Below, piece after piece: positions 50,029 to 59,293 of a stretch of DNA of 60,000 nt. The stretch is from Campylobacterales bacterium (GTDB taxonomy: Bacteria; Campylobacterota; Campylobacteria; Campylobacterales; QNZT01): positions 85,333-145,332 of the forward strand of contig JALVVN010000038.1 in assembly GCA_027023405.1 (NCBI GenBank). Reading direction: 5' to 3'. Made by a program: the position numbers and the translations under genes. Position 1 is the stretch's first letter. Each line of letters begins with the position of its first letter. Under the pieces are notes generated by a model. It saw only the letters and a program-made list of their open reading frames with translations. It did not search any database and was not told the origin of the DNA.

Positions 50029-50475
50029 ATGAGTCAACTTAAACAACAGTTACAAGCGGATCTCAAAGCCGCTATGGTGGCGAAGGATGCTTTTAAGCGC
50101 GATACGATTCGTTTTTTGATGTCGGCGATTAAGCAGATCGAGGTTGATGAGCGCAGAGAGTTAAGTGATGAGGATATTTTAAAAATCATTCAAAAATCGA
50201 TCAAGCAGAGAGAAGATGCTATCACCCAATACAAAGAGGCGGGACGAGAGGATTTGTGGCAAAAAGAGGAGGCAGAGGCGAACATATTGAAATCCTATCT
50301 TCCAAAGCAACTTACACCGGAGGAGTTGGAAGCGGAAATTTCAGAAATTATCAAAACAATCGGTGTAACTTCCATGAAAGAGATGGGTGCGGTGATGAAA
50401 GAGGCAAAGGAGAAGATCGGGTCACGATCGGATGGAAAACAGATCAGTGAGATGGTCAAAAAATTATTAAAATAA
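50029..50475 (+). CDS. GatB/YqeY domain protein
   Basis: LKAAMVAKD...IKQREDAITQYKEAGREDL...YLPKQL...MGAVMK. Confidence 0.93.
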   Translation: MSQLKQQLQADLKAAMVAKDAFKRDTIRFLMSAIKQIEVDERRELSDEDILKIIQKSIKQREDAITQYKEAGREDLWQKEEAEANILKSYLPKQLTPEELEAEISEIIKTIGVTSMKEMGAVMKEAKEKIGSRSDGKQISEMVKKLLK

Positions 50476-50537
50476 TTTGAATTAGTTGCGTTAGAATTGG
50501 ATATTATTCATTTTTTATCCAATTTATCGCACAATAG

Positions 50538-50627
50538 TTTTGCTGAGAAACCGCAAGCTTAGCAAAAGGATGTCTTGAATGAATGAGACTTGGCGAAACC
50601 GAATCCCGCAAGGTTTTGCCGACCTAC
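50538..50627. repeat. Multi-hairpin, GTAG-tagged REP-like element or small structured RNA
   Basis: Three adjacent imperfect palindromes (50538-50567, 50572-50589, 50590-50622); the minus strand reads GTAG-G-TCGGCAAAACC...GGTTTCGCCAA. Confidence 0.45.
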
Positions 50628-50664
50628 TAATGCGTTAATTTGAGAGTTTTTAGAGAGCGTTTGA

Positions 50665-50692
50665 ACAGTAAGTAGTTCAATCTACCTACTGT
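50665..50692 (-). terminator. Probable terminator hairpin of rpsF-ssb-rpsR
   Basis: Minus strand ACAGTAGGTAG-attgaa-CTACTTACTGT (one G-U), 15 nt after the rpsR stop. Confidence 0.55.
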
Positions 50693-50707
50693 CAAAATGA
50701 GTTGTTT

Positions 50708-50974
50708 TTACTTTTTCAGATCTGCAAACGGATTGTCAATCACTTTTTTACGAGAAGCTACATACGGTACGATTGCCGCGTGTCTTGCTCTTTTGATTGC
50801 TTGCTCAACCATCACTTGATGTTTTTTGCAGTTTCCTGTCAATCTTCTGGGCATAATCTTATATCTCTCAGAGAGAGAATTGAGGTAAGAGCTTGGATCT
50901 TTGTAGTCCAAAAACTCTACTTTTGCTTCACAAAATCTACAATATTTTTTAGAATATTTTCTTCTTTCTGCCAT
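50708..50974 (-). CDS. rpsR: 30S ribosomal protein S18
   Basis: [27 protein letters not shown]. Confidence 0.97.
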   Translation of the reverse strand: MAERRKYSKKYCRFCEAKVEFLDYKDPSSYLNSLSERYKIMPRRLTGNCKKHQVMVEQAIKRARHAAIVPYVASRKKVIDNPFADLKK

Positions 50975-51017
50975 CTGTTTTATCCTTTATCTCTTTTTTA
51001 TCACTTTTCAATTTTAT

Positions 51018-51509
51018 CTAAAATGGAATCTCATCCTCATCGATATCGATTGAGGGAATTTCCGGTTCACTGCTTGGCATTGTCGGAGCCGGTGATGAAG
51101 GCGGTGTGTTAGCTGCGGGTTGTTGATAGTTTGACGGTTGTACGGGTGCCGCATTGTTGGGTTGATTGTACCCACTGTTCTCCCCTTTACTATCAAGCAT
51201 TGTCATATTTTCTACAACCACACTGTGTTTGCTTCGCTTCCCACCGTTTTGATCCGTCCAACTATCCAGTTTTAGACGCCCTTCGACCAAAACTTTTGAT
51301 CCTTTTCTAAGGTATTGGTTGGCAATTTCTGCGGTTCTACCAAAGAATGCGATATCAACAAAAAGCGTCTCCTCTTTCAGTTGTCCGTCACCACCTTTAA
51401 ATTTTCGTGTTGTCGCAATACCGGTATTTCCTACCGCTGTACCACTGGGTGTATATCGAAGCTCGATATCTCTTGTAAGATTGCCGACAATTATCACTTT
51501 ATTAAACAT
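51018..51509 (-). CDS. ssb: Single-stranded DNA-binding protein
   Basis: NKVIIVGNLTRDIELRY, KGSKVLVEGRL, acidic tail DEDEIPF. Confidence 0.97.
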   Translation of the reverse strand: MFNKVIIVGNLTRDIELRYTPSGTAVGNTGIATTRKFKGGDGQLKEETLFVDIAFFGRTAEIANQYLRKGSKVLVEGRLKLDSWTDQNGGKRSKHSVVVENMTMLDSKGENSGYNQPNNAAPVQPSNYQQPAANTPPSSPAPTMPSSEPEIPSIDIDEDEIPF

Positions 51510-51530
51510 CTGTTTTGCCTTTGTTAATGC

Positions 51531-51950
51531 TTACGCTTCGCCACTCTCTTGGGATGGTGTCTCGGCTTTTTCAGCTTCAGGAGCTTCCTCAGCTTTTGGA
51601 GCCTCTTTTTTCGGAGCAGCTTTTTTACCGCTGGCAAGCTTCTCCCATTGGGCTATCTCTTTTTTCTTCTCATATTTTACATTCAAGAAACGAAGAAGAT
51701 CTTCATCGAGTCGTAAATTTCTTAAAATTTCATCAATGGATGCCGGTGCGACTTGATAATAGAATACGAAGTAGTTTCCTCGTGCATGTTTTTCGATCTC
51801 ATAGGCGAGTTTACGAACACCCATTTCGTCAATCGTTTTAATCTCAGCGCCGTTTTTTTCCAATAGTGCTTTAAGCGAATCTTTTTTCGCCACTGCCTCT
51901 TCAGGACTAAGGGTCGGCTTTACGACCACTAACAATTCATAATGTTTCAT
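51531..51950 (-). CDS. rpsF: 30S ribosomal protein S6
   Basis: MKHYEL, GVRKLAYEIEK, DEDLLRF; first gene of the rpsF-ssb-rpsR operon. Confidence 0.97.
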   Translation of the reverse strand: MKHYELLVVVKPTLSPEEAVAKKDSLKALLEKNGAEIKTIDEMGVRKLAYEIEKHARGNYFVFYYQVAPASIDEILRNLRLDEDLLRFLNVKYEKKKEIAQWEKLASGKKAAPKKEAPKAEEAPEAEKAETPSQESGEA

Positions 51951-51954
51951 CTTT

Positions 51955-51991
51955 CTCCTTATGGATATAAAGCTCTTTATAGAGCAAGGGT
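51955..51991 (-). promoter_or_regulatory. S6:S18-binding ribosomal leader (translational autoregulation) upstream of rpsF
   Basis: ACCCTT-GCTC-tataaa-GAGC-tttatat-CCA-TAAGGAG: CCTT can pair with the SD AAGG, with an inner GCTC/GAGC stem and a CCR just 5' of the SD, as in described rpsF leaders. Confidence 0.65.
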
Positions 51992-52036
51992 TTTTGACAC
52001 TCCTTTTTCACTCTGGAGGTCAAGGGGGCGATTTTA

Positions 52037-53017
52037 CTACAAAAAAGTTTGAAGTTTTATTAAAGTAGCGATTAAAAAGCTCTCTTTATCCAGGTTGGTC
52101 GCTGTTTTGAGTGTGAGGTGGGCATCACTGAGGTGCCTCAGCAGTCGGCTATATTGTGCGAGAGAGAGTTTTGTGCTTTGTGCGGCTCTTGTTTTTGCTA
52201 AATGTGCCGGTAGCGGGTAGCCTAAGATTTCGACGACATCATAGGTGCCGTGTGCAGTGATATAGATACGAAAGAGTGCGAGTGTTGTGATGTAGCTCTC
52301 GATCTGCGTCAAGATAGCGATCTCCTCTACCCCTTCATGTTCCAGCAGTAGGGAAATCTCTTCATTGAGCATCTCCTTTTGTAGAAATTTACTCAAAAAT
52401 CGATCCAGATCAACGATTCCCATCCCGGCGACATGCTGATCGATATCTTGCACAGTGATCTTTTTATTGAGTAGAGCCAATTTAGGGAGTTCACTCTGTG
52501 CCAAAAGAAGATCCTCCTGTTCCAACTCCAGAAGATGGGTAAGTGCAAAGTGATCAATCTCGAGGTTGATCTTTCGTGCCTGTTTGGCAAGAATCTCCAC
52601 TCCCTGCGCCGGTGTCGGCTTGAAAAAGCGCACAAAATCTGCACCCTTTTTTTTACTAAAAGATCGGCTCATATCCTTGGCGGTTCGATCCTCCCCGCAA
52701 AATTCAAAGATAAAAAAACTTTTGGGTTGTTTCTGGCAAGTTTCGACTAAAACATCAAGCTCTTTTTTGGGAATTTTTTTATCCGTTTTGAGATAGAGTA
52801 GATTGGTATCGCCAAAGAGTGAAGCTTGGGAGAGATAAGTTTTGGCTTGTCTAAAATCATACTCATCATAGTAGAGTGTGAGGCGACTCTCTTTGGGGGC
52901 AAGTTTGTCTGCGATAAAGTGCGCATAGGTGGTGGTCGCATAACTCTCGCCATAAAGTAGCAGTGAGTGAGGAAGGTGACCCGATTGGATCATCTGATCG
53001 AGATCTTTTTTGTACAA
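52037..53017 (-). CDS. holA: DNA polymerase III delta subunit
   Basis: LLLYGE, YLSQASLFG, VRFFKP, ELPKL; position upstream of rpsF. Confidence 0.85.
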   Translation of the reverse strand: MYKKDLDQMIQSGHLPHSLLLYGESYATTTYAHFIADKLAPKESRLTLYYDEYDFRQAKTYLSQASLFGDTNLLYLKTDKKIPKKELDVLVETCQKQPKSFFIFEFCGEDRTAKDMSRSFSKKKGADFVRFFKPTPAQGVEILAKQARKINLEIDHFALTHLLELEQEDLLLAQSELPKLALLNKKITVQDIDQHVAGMGIVDLDRFLSKFLQKEMLNEEISLLLEHEGVEEIAILTQIESYITTLALFRIYITAHGTYDVVEILGYPLPAHLAKTRAAQSTKLSLAQYSRLLRHLSDAHLTLKTATNLDKESFLIATLIKLQTFL

Positions 53018-53058
53018 TCAACGCTCCCTTTTTGAGTGTTATTGTAGCCAAGAAGGGG

Positions 53059-54906
53059 TTAAACAACAATACTCTCTTGAGAGGTTTGAATAATTTGCGG
53101 TAATGGAGGTGAAAAGTAGAATCCCTGAGAATAATCAATTCCTAAACTTTTGACAATCTCATAAATCTCTTTGGAGTGCACAAACTCGGCAACTGTTTGT
53201 GCATCAAGACTTTTTGCAAGCAGGACGATTGACTCCACAATTTTTTTGCTATTGGCATCGGTATCGAGATTTTTGATAAATTGTCCGTCTATCTTGATAA
53301 TATCCGCTTTCAAGGTCATCAATCTGCTTAAGTTGGATGCTTCAGCCCCAAAATCATCAATCGCTAAAGCAAATCCAGCATCTTTAAGATCTTGAAAGGT
53401 ATCGTTGGCATAATAGGAGTCCTGTGCATTGATATTTTCAAGCACCTCTAAGAAGACACGGTTTGGTTTTATTGCATATTTGTTTGACATCTCTTTGAGA
53501 TAATCGACAAGATAACCGTCTTTGAGATCATCATCGGTGATATTGATTGAAAAATCATAGTGGTTATGGGAAAAGGTTGCAAAACTCTTCTCGATGACTC
53601 GTTTGCTGATCTCTACTAAGTATCCCCTCGATTTTGCGATAGGTAAAAATTGAAAAGGCGGTACTACGGTACCCTTATCGATGATACGCACAAGAGATTC
53701 ATATTTGACAATTTTTTGGTCACTGTTTCGAATAATGGGCTGATAGTAGACAACCAGTTGATCTTGTTCAATAAGACGAGGCAGTGTACGACTCCAGTAA
53801 AGATTCTGTTTTTGTCGCTTTTGTAACTTTTCGTCATGCACATAGAGTCGAATTTTTTCTGTATGGCTTTTTTGCAGTTGACGAAGTGTTATTTCAGCAT
53901 GAGAAAAGGGTGATTCTTCTCCTCTTGTGATGGCGATAAGGAAATTGATCGATACGAAGAACTCATTTTCATTGAGTGTTACTTTTTCAATCATTTGATT
54001 GATTTGATAAGCTAAGGCAATATCCTCATCTCCTTGCACATTGTCAATCAATACGGCAAACTTTTCTCCACAGAGTCGATAACAATGAATGCGTTCATTT
54101 TGAAGTGTTGACAAAATATCTCCTATATTGCCGTAAACACTGTTGAGCCACTTCTCTTCAAGTTCATAGGAGAGGATATCATGCTGCTCTAGCGAGAGGA
54201 GTAAAAAAGAGCTGTGTTGATTGACATTTTCCAAATCTTGTAACAATACTGTTTTATTGTTGAGTCCTGTAAGCGGATCGATACGCGCTTGTTGATAGAT
54301 CTGCTCTTTGGCTTGCGCCAATGCTGAAGCATTGGCGATAAGGTTATTGATATTTTCTTGATGCTCTCTTTCAGAATAGGACATAAAGACGGCAAATGTA
54401 AAATAGGAGATGAGTGTCAATACAAGCGTAATAACAGAAAAGTGTACATCAAAGAGTGAAAAAGTATCCAATACAAGTAGTGTTCCGGAGGTTAAGAGCA
54501 TATAGAACCACCCTACTTTTACTCCTCTGAGTAAAAAAGCCGCCATGATGAGGTTGCCGTACCATATCAATTTTGCGTTGTCATCGATCATCGCAACGAT
54601 TGCGCTCATAAAGAGATAAAAGAGACCCAACATAATATTGGAAATGCGGGTAAAGTAGGCTTTGTTCTGACGAAGATAGAGAAGTTGAATAAAAGCCCCT
54701 GCCATCATAACACCATCAATGACGGCAATCCCAACATACCCAAAGAGAAGTCTGAGTGTAGCAGTCACAAGAAGAATGATGGAGGAGGAGAAAAGCATGT
54801 AGCTTAAGAGCATATAACGGTACTGAAATCGTTGCTCTTCTTGAGATGAAAAGCGTTGATCTCCGATTAAAAAGGTATCGATCCGATCTACTATCTCTCT
54901 TAACAC
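53059..54906 (-). CDS. Membrane-bound degenerate-GGDEF + EAL protein (probable c-di-GMP phosphodiesterase)
   Basis: About 6 TM helices; DPLTGLNN with CGEKF in place of GGDEF; EAL residues ESLVR, SIN, EVLE, DDFG, KID, VAEFV, SQG all present. Confidence 0.88.
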   Translation of the reverse strand: MLREIVDRIDTFLIGDQRFSSQEEQRFQYRYMLLSYMLFSSSIILLVTATLRLLFGYVGIAVIDGVMMAGAFIQLLYLRQNKAYFTRISNIMLGLFYLFMSAIVAMIDDNAKLIWYGNLIMAAFLLRGVKVGWFYMLLTSGTLLVLDTFSLFDVHFSVITLVLTLISYFTFAVFMSYSEREHQENINNLIANASALAQAKEQIYQQARIDPLTGLNNKTVLLQDLENVNQHSSFLLLSLEQHDILSYELEEKWLNSVYGNIGDILSTLQNERIHCYRLCGEKFAVLIDNVQGDEDIALAYQINQMIEKVTLNENEFFVSINFLIAITRGEESPFSHAEITLRQLQKSHTEKIRLYVHDEKLQKRQKQNLYWSRTLPRLIEQDQLVVYYQPIIRNSDQKIVKYESLVRIIDKGTVVPPFQFLPIAKSRGYLVEISKRVIEKSFATFSHNHYDFSINITDDDLKDGYLVDYLKEMSNKYAIKPNRVFLEVLENINAQDSYYANDTFQDLKDAGFALAIDDFGAEASNLSRLMTLKADIIKIDGQFIKNLDTDANSKKIVESIVLLAKSLDAQTVAEFVHSKEIYEIVKSLGIDYSQGFYFSPPLPQIIQTSQESIVV

Positions 54907-54936
54907 GCTCTCTCACTTTCAAGTGGGTTTGTGTGT

Positions 54937-54963
54937 AGATCGGGAATTATAGAAAAAACTTTA
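54937..54963 (-). promoter_or_regulatory. Putative sigma28 promoter (overlapping a TATAAT) of the EAL gene
   Basis: Minus strand TAAA-gttttttctataatt(15 nt)-CCCGATCT. Confidence 0.5.
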
Positions 54964-54978
54964 AAAAATCACCAATTT

Positions 54979-56943
54979 TTAGGCATTCTCCCTATTTGAA
55001 CTCTCTTCTAGCACTTTTGCTATAATCTTTGTCGTTGCGATATCCACTTCAACAATCTCAAGCATCACTTCATCAAAGAGTGTCACATCACCCTCCCCTA
55101 TGAGGTAAACTCTCGCACCTGCAATCTCTCCGATAGTTTGAGCGATCGGCACACTACCACTCAGATCGATGATTCTAGCAGGTATGGGCTCATCTTTGTG
55201 TGCTTGCATCCATCTTGCATATTTGCGATCTTTGAAATCCCACTCCACTTTGGTGGCTTCTCGCTCCAACTCACTCACACGCATCGCAATCACTTCGGCA
55301 TTGCTGATGATCTTCTTCTGCTCATCGATATCATCTCGCAAGATCGCCTTGAGCAGTCGATGTACAATCAAGTCACTATATCGGCGAATCGGCGAAGTAA
55401 AGTGGGTATAGAGCGAAAATCCCAACCCAAAGTGACCACTAAGCGGTTCATGCGTATAGAGAGCCTGTTGTTGGGTTTTGATGATGAGAGTATCGACCTC
55501 TTTTGCAAGATTGTGCAAATTAGCCTTTGCCTGAATTGCACGAATGAGTTGGTATGGATCATCGTTTGGTTCGACTTCAATACCGATCTTCTCCAATTCA
55601 TTGCACAAAGTGTCAAGTTTTTGCGGATCGGGTGAAGCATGGGTACGAAATATACCTATCTCATAGCGTTTTGCCGCTGCCTTATTCGCCAAAAGCATTG
55701 CATCTTCAATGAGGGCATGTGAGGGGGTTTCGGGCTCCTCTCTGACACGAATCAGATTTTGATCCTCATCGAGGATCATGCGCACATCACTGGAGCGAAA
55801 ATCACATCCGTTGGCGAGTCGCTGCTTTTTGATTTTGAGTAGGAGTTGTTGTAGCGGGAGCAAAGTGGAGAGTATCTTTTCATCACCCTCTTTTAGTTGA
55901 CTCTTGTCTCCTGCAAGAATGGCGTCGATCTCATCATAGGTAAAACGCCTTTGTGAATGGATTACCGACTCAAATATCTCCTCTTCGATAGGTTGCAACG
56001 ACTGGGGATCGAGTCTGATTTTAATTGTAAAAGCGAGGCGATCGACATGGGGTTTGAGAGAGCAGATATTTTCACTCAAACTTCGTGGGAGCATCGGGAT
56101 AGATTTGTGCGGAAAGTAGATCGAAAAACCTCTCTGCTTCGCTTCTAAATCAAGCACACTATCCTCTTGGACATAGTAACTTACATCGGCGATAGCAACA
56201 TAGAGTGTCATCTTTTCTACATCAAAGTAGATAGCATCGTCAAAATCTTTCGCATCCGGCGGATCGATGGTGCAAAAAGGCAGATGGGTTAGATCGACTC
56301 TATCGGGATAACGACAGCGATCGACCTCCAACCCGAAGCGCTTGGCAAACTGCTCCGCCTCCTCCTCAAAAAACTCCCTTTTGTTATAGAGTCCCAATGA
56401 AATCTTCTCATCCACTTTGGGATCATTGAGTGATCCTAAATACTCCAAGATCTCTGCATTTTCATTCTCAATCTTGAGCAGATCATCCTCTTGATAGTTC
56501 CCCAGACTCATTTTTGCACGATCACTTAGTTGTAGCGGAAGTGCAGTGCGGATCTCCAGCACTTGCTTGATCCCTTGCCCCTCTTTGATTCTACCGATAC
56601 TCACGACACTTTCACGCTCAAGGATCTCGATCACTTTCGCTTTGGCACCGCGTTTGCTAAAGAGGCGCTTGACAACGACAATATCTCCTTTGTGTGCGCC
56701 TTCAAGATGATGGGGTTCGATCATCAAATCTTTGGAAAATCCCTCCCGAAGTTCATCCAAATAGCCAAATCCTTTGGGTGAGATATCGATCCTACCGATG
56801 CGATATTTGCTATCGAGTTTGAGCGTATCACCCTCTCGTTTGAGAATCCCATCCTGCGCTAATCGATCCAAACGATCCAATAAATAGGGAGGAACTTCTG
56901 AAAGCGGTAATCCATGGTAGAGTTTTTGAATGATTGTTTTCAT
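54979..56943 (-). CDS. rnr: Ribonuclease R
   Basis: TIDPPDAKDFDDAI, VAIADVS, LIEDAMLLAN, HFGLG, YTHFTSPIRRYSDLIVHR. Confidence 0.95.
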   Translation of the reverse strand: MKTIIQKLYHGLPLSEVPPYLLDRLDRLAQDGILKREGDTLKLDSKYRIGRIDISPKGFGYLDELREGFSKDLMIEPHHLEGAHKGDIVVVKRLFSKRGAKAKVIEILERESVVSIGRIKEGQGIKQVLEIRTALPLQLSDRAKMSLGNYQEDDLLKIENENAEILEYLGSLNDPKVDEKISLGLYNKREFFEEEAEQFAKRFGLEVDRCRYPDRVDLTHLPFCTIDPPDAKDFDDAIYFDVEKMTLYVAIADVSYYVQEDSVLDLEAKQRGFSIYFPHKSIPMLPRSLSENICSLKPHVDRLAFTIKIRLDPQSLQPIEEEIFESVIHSQRRFTYDEIDAILAGDKSQLKEGDEKILSTLLPLQQLLLKIKKQRLANGCDFRSSDVRMILDEDQNLIRVREEPETPSHALIEDAMLLANKAAAKRYEIGIFRTHASPDPQKLDTLCNELEKIGIEVEPNDDPYQLIRAIQAKANLHNLAKEVDTLIIKTQQQALYTHEPLSGHFGLGFSLYTHFTSPIRRYSDLIVHRLLKAILRDDIDEQKKIISNAEVIAMRVSELEREATKVEWDFKDRKYARWMQAHKDEPIPARIIDLSGSVPIAQTIGEIAGARVYLIGEGDVTLFDEVMLEIVEVDIATTKIIAKVLEESSNRENA

Positions 56944-57013
56944 AAGAGGTATCGTAACACAAAGGGGCTAAAAGTGCGTGTGATCGCTCTTATGAGCAAT
57001 CTGAGGGGTTCTA

Positions 57014-57196
57014 TCAAAAAGGGATAGCGGCATCTGCGGCATCTCCGATTTTGGAGATAGAGTCTCCTACCGCATCAGGAGCGACGACATTTGTGACGGC
57101 ACCGACTGCTTTAAAGGGGAGCGCTACAAGAGAGCCGACACCGCATCCATTTAGGAACAGTAGGCAAACCAGTGTAATAGTGAACAATTTTAGCAT
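57014..57196 (-). CDS. Small lipoprotein (DUF6726-like)
   Basis: Lipobox LNGC, ALPFKAVGAV...DAAIPF; SD AAGGA. Confidence 0.75.
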   Translation of the reverse strand: MLKLFTITLVCLLFLNGCGVGSLVALPFKAVGAVTNVVAPDAVGDSISKIGDAADAAIPF

Positions 57197-57374
57197 ATAT
57201 TTAATCCTTTTTTTAAGTTTCTACTATCATAGCATAAATTGATTTAGTTAAAAATTTTATATAAAAAGCATGAAAAATAAAATTATATGCAATAGGTGAA
57301 TTTTTTTGTTTTAAGACTTGCTTATTTAAAAATTTTAGTGTAAAATCTCAGCATCAAACTCGTAAATAAAGGTA

Positions 57375-58910
57375 TTGATTGTGTATAAAACACTCCTCCT
57401 CTTAGGTACATTAGGCACTTCACTTTTTGGCTCTTTTTTTTATAACGGTTCTCACAAAATCGCATTGACACGGGTAGTGGATACGCCACCGCTCAAAAAT
57501 GCTTCAAGTAAAATCAGTTATTTCAAAACTCCGTCGGGAGAGCGTTTGGGGGTAGGTGAAAAGATCATCGTCTGTTATAAGGATTTGAAACAAAAGAGAG
57601 ATATTGAGGCGAAATATGGGTTGGAGTCTCTTGATAAGATTACAGATACGATGGTGGTCTATCGCTTCAAAGAGCACAAAAGTGCTCAAGAGGTTTTAGC
57701 ACTAGCCAATGAGATCAACACTCTTGACGGCGTGAAATTTGCACATCCGGATTTTGCCATTCAAAAACGGAGACGATCAGTCGCTGAACCGACGAGAGAT
57801 CCGCTCTTTTGGAGTGAGTGGTATTTAGATCGTATGGATGTCTATGGCGCATGGCACTATAGTCGAGGTGCCGGAGTCATTGTGGGTGTTTATGATGAGG
57901 GAATTGATCTTGAGCATGAAGATCTTCGGCACAATATTATCGGGTTTGGGAATTATGCGTCTGGATATAAACAACTCACTATGATTAGTCGTTTATCGCA
58001 ATTGCGTGATGATGATCCCAATGCGCCAATCTCAATCTCCGGGTATTGGCATGGTACGGCATGCTCGGGAATTATCGCTGCCCAAGCCGATAACAATCGA
58101 GGAGGTGTCGGTATCGCGCCTGATACGAAGCTGATTGTGGCAAGGTACTCGAGTCAAAATATCTCTGATGACTCGAAAGCGTTAATCGATATGGCAAATG
58201 CCGGCGCGTCAATTATTACTAATAGTTGGGGTACAAACAATATGCTTCCATCATTGAATGAAACCTTTCGTATCCTTTCTGAGCGAGGTAGAGACGGCAA
58301 AGGTGTCATTGTGATTTTTGCCGCAGGGAATGACGGCTGTAATATGGATGGCTACTATCACGCTGATGCAGATGGTCACATTGAGTGTAGCAACAACCCT
58401 GATGATGTGCCAATTAATGATGAATCAGAGTCACCCTATGTGCTTTCAATTGCTTCGACAACCGGTGAAAATCAGATTGCTGATTATAGTAACTATGGAA
58501 GTGCTATAGATTTTACCGCTCCAGGTGGTATGCCGAGTAAGAGTATTGTGACAACCGATGCGATGGGTGCAAAGGGTTTTGGTCCCTATAATTATACTCC
58601 GCAGAGGCAGGGGTATAGAGATATAAATGATCGAGCGTTTAACGGTACCTCTGCCGCCGCACCGATGGTTGCAGGCGTCGTAGCCCTAATTCTCTCAACC
58701 AACCCCTCACTGAGCAAAGAAGAGGTGGTGGATATACTCAAATCCACTACACAAAAATTGGGTCGTTATGCCTATGACTCGAATGGGAAAAATGCACATT
58801 GGGGATATGGAATCATCAATGCGGGTGCCGCGGTAAAACTAGCGAGTGAGTATGGTCATATCGAGACACAAAATTTTGCAAAAACGATTTATAGCGATCT
58901 GCATCGTTAA
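57375..58910 (+). CDS. Secreted S8 (subtilisin-like) serine peptidase with propeptide
   Basis: Signal peptide; triad VYDEGID, HGTACSG, GTSAAAP; oxyanion AAGND. Confidence 0.92.
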   Translation: MIVYKTLLLLGTLGTSLFGSFFYNGSHKIALTRVVDTPPLKNASSKISYFKTPSGERLGVGEKIIVCYKDLKQKRDIEAKYGLESLDKITDTMVVYRFKEHKSAQEVLALANEINTLDGVKFAHPDFAIQKRRRSVAEPTRDPLFWSEWYLDRMDVYGAWHYSRGAGVIVGVYDEGIDLEHEDLRHNIIGFGNYASGYKQLTMISRLSQLRDDDPNAPISISGYWHGTACSGIIAAQADNNRGGVGIAPDTKLIVARYSSQNISDDSKALIDMANAGASIITNSWGTNNMLPSLNETFRILSERGRDGKGVIVIFAAGNDGCNMDGYYHADADGHIECSNNPDDVPINDESESPYVLSIASTTGENQIADYSNYGSAIDFTAPGGMPSKSIVTTDAMGAKGFGPYNYTPQRQGYRDINDRAFNGTSAAAPMVAGVVALILSTNPSLSKEEVVDILKSTTQKLGRYAYDSNGKNAHWGYGIINAGAAVKLASEYGHIETQNFAKTIYSDLHR

Positions 58911-58919
58911 AAGAGATTG

Positions 58920-58939
58920 TCGCGGGAACCAACCTGCGA
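58920..58939 (+). terminator. Possible terminator after the S8 peptidase
   Basis: TCGCGGG-aaccaa-CCTGCGA stem (one G-U) followed by ATTT. Confidence 0.45.
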
Positions 58940-59026
58940 ATTTAAAAGATTACAAGCTAAAAAAAGATAGAATATCTTCCAACTGATCGCTGATTATATT
59001 AAAAATATTTTAGGAGAGATAGATAG

Positions 59027-59287
59027 ATGCTATTGATACACGCACTCACTTCGACACTCATTATGGTACTTGAACTCTACAAATGGGTGATCATTATCGC
59101 CGCGTTGCTTACTTGGGTCAATCCCGATCCGCATAATCCTATCGTTCAATTCCTCTATCGTGCGACAGAACCGCTCTATCAAAAGATAAGACAATATGTT
59201 CCGACAGTTATAGGTGGGCTTGATCTTGCACCTATCTTTGTGCTCTTTGCCATCTTTTTTCTACAACAAATTCTTCGAGGCATTTAG
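59027..59287 (+). CDS. yggT: YggT family membrane protein
   Basis: LTWVNPDPHNPIVQFLYRATEP...GGLDLAP. Confidence 0.93.
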   Translation: MLLIHALTSTLIMVLELYKWVIIIAALLTWVNPDPHNPIVQFLYRATEPLYQKIRQYVPTVIGGLDLAPIFVLFAIFFLQQILRGI

Positions 59288-59293
59288 TACTAC

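Noticed and set aside
50585-50630. Possible c-di-GMP-I (GEMM) riboswitch because of GGCAAAAC on the minus strand
   Set aside because: It lacks the GNRA/receptor pair and the ACGCAAAG junction, and it lies between convergent genes rather than in a 5' leader.
51018-51050. SSB tail DEDEIPF as a second FtsZ-like peptide
   Set aside because: This is the standard SSB acidic C-terminal tip.
50702-51112. 136-aa + strand ORF over rpsR/ssb
   Set aside because: Antisense to ribosomal operon genes; no independent support.
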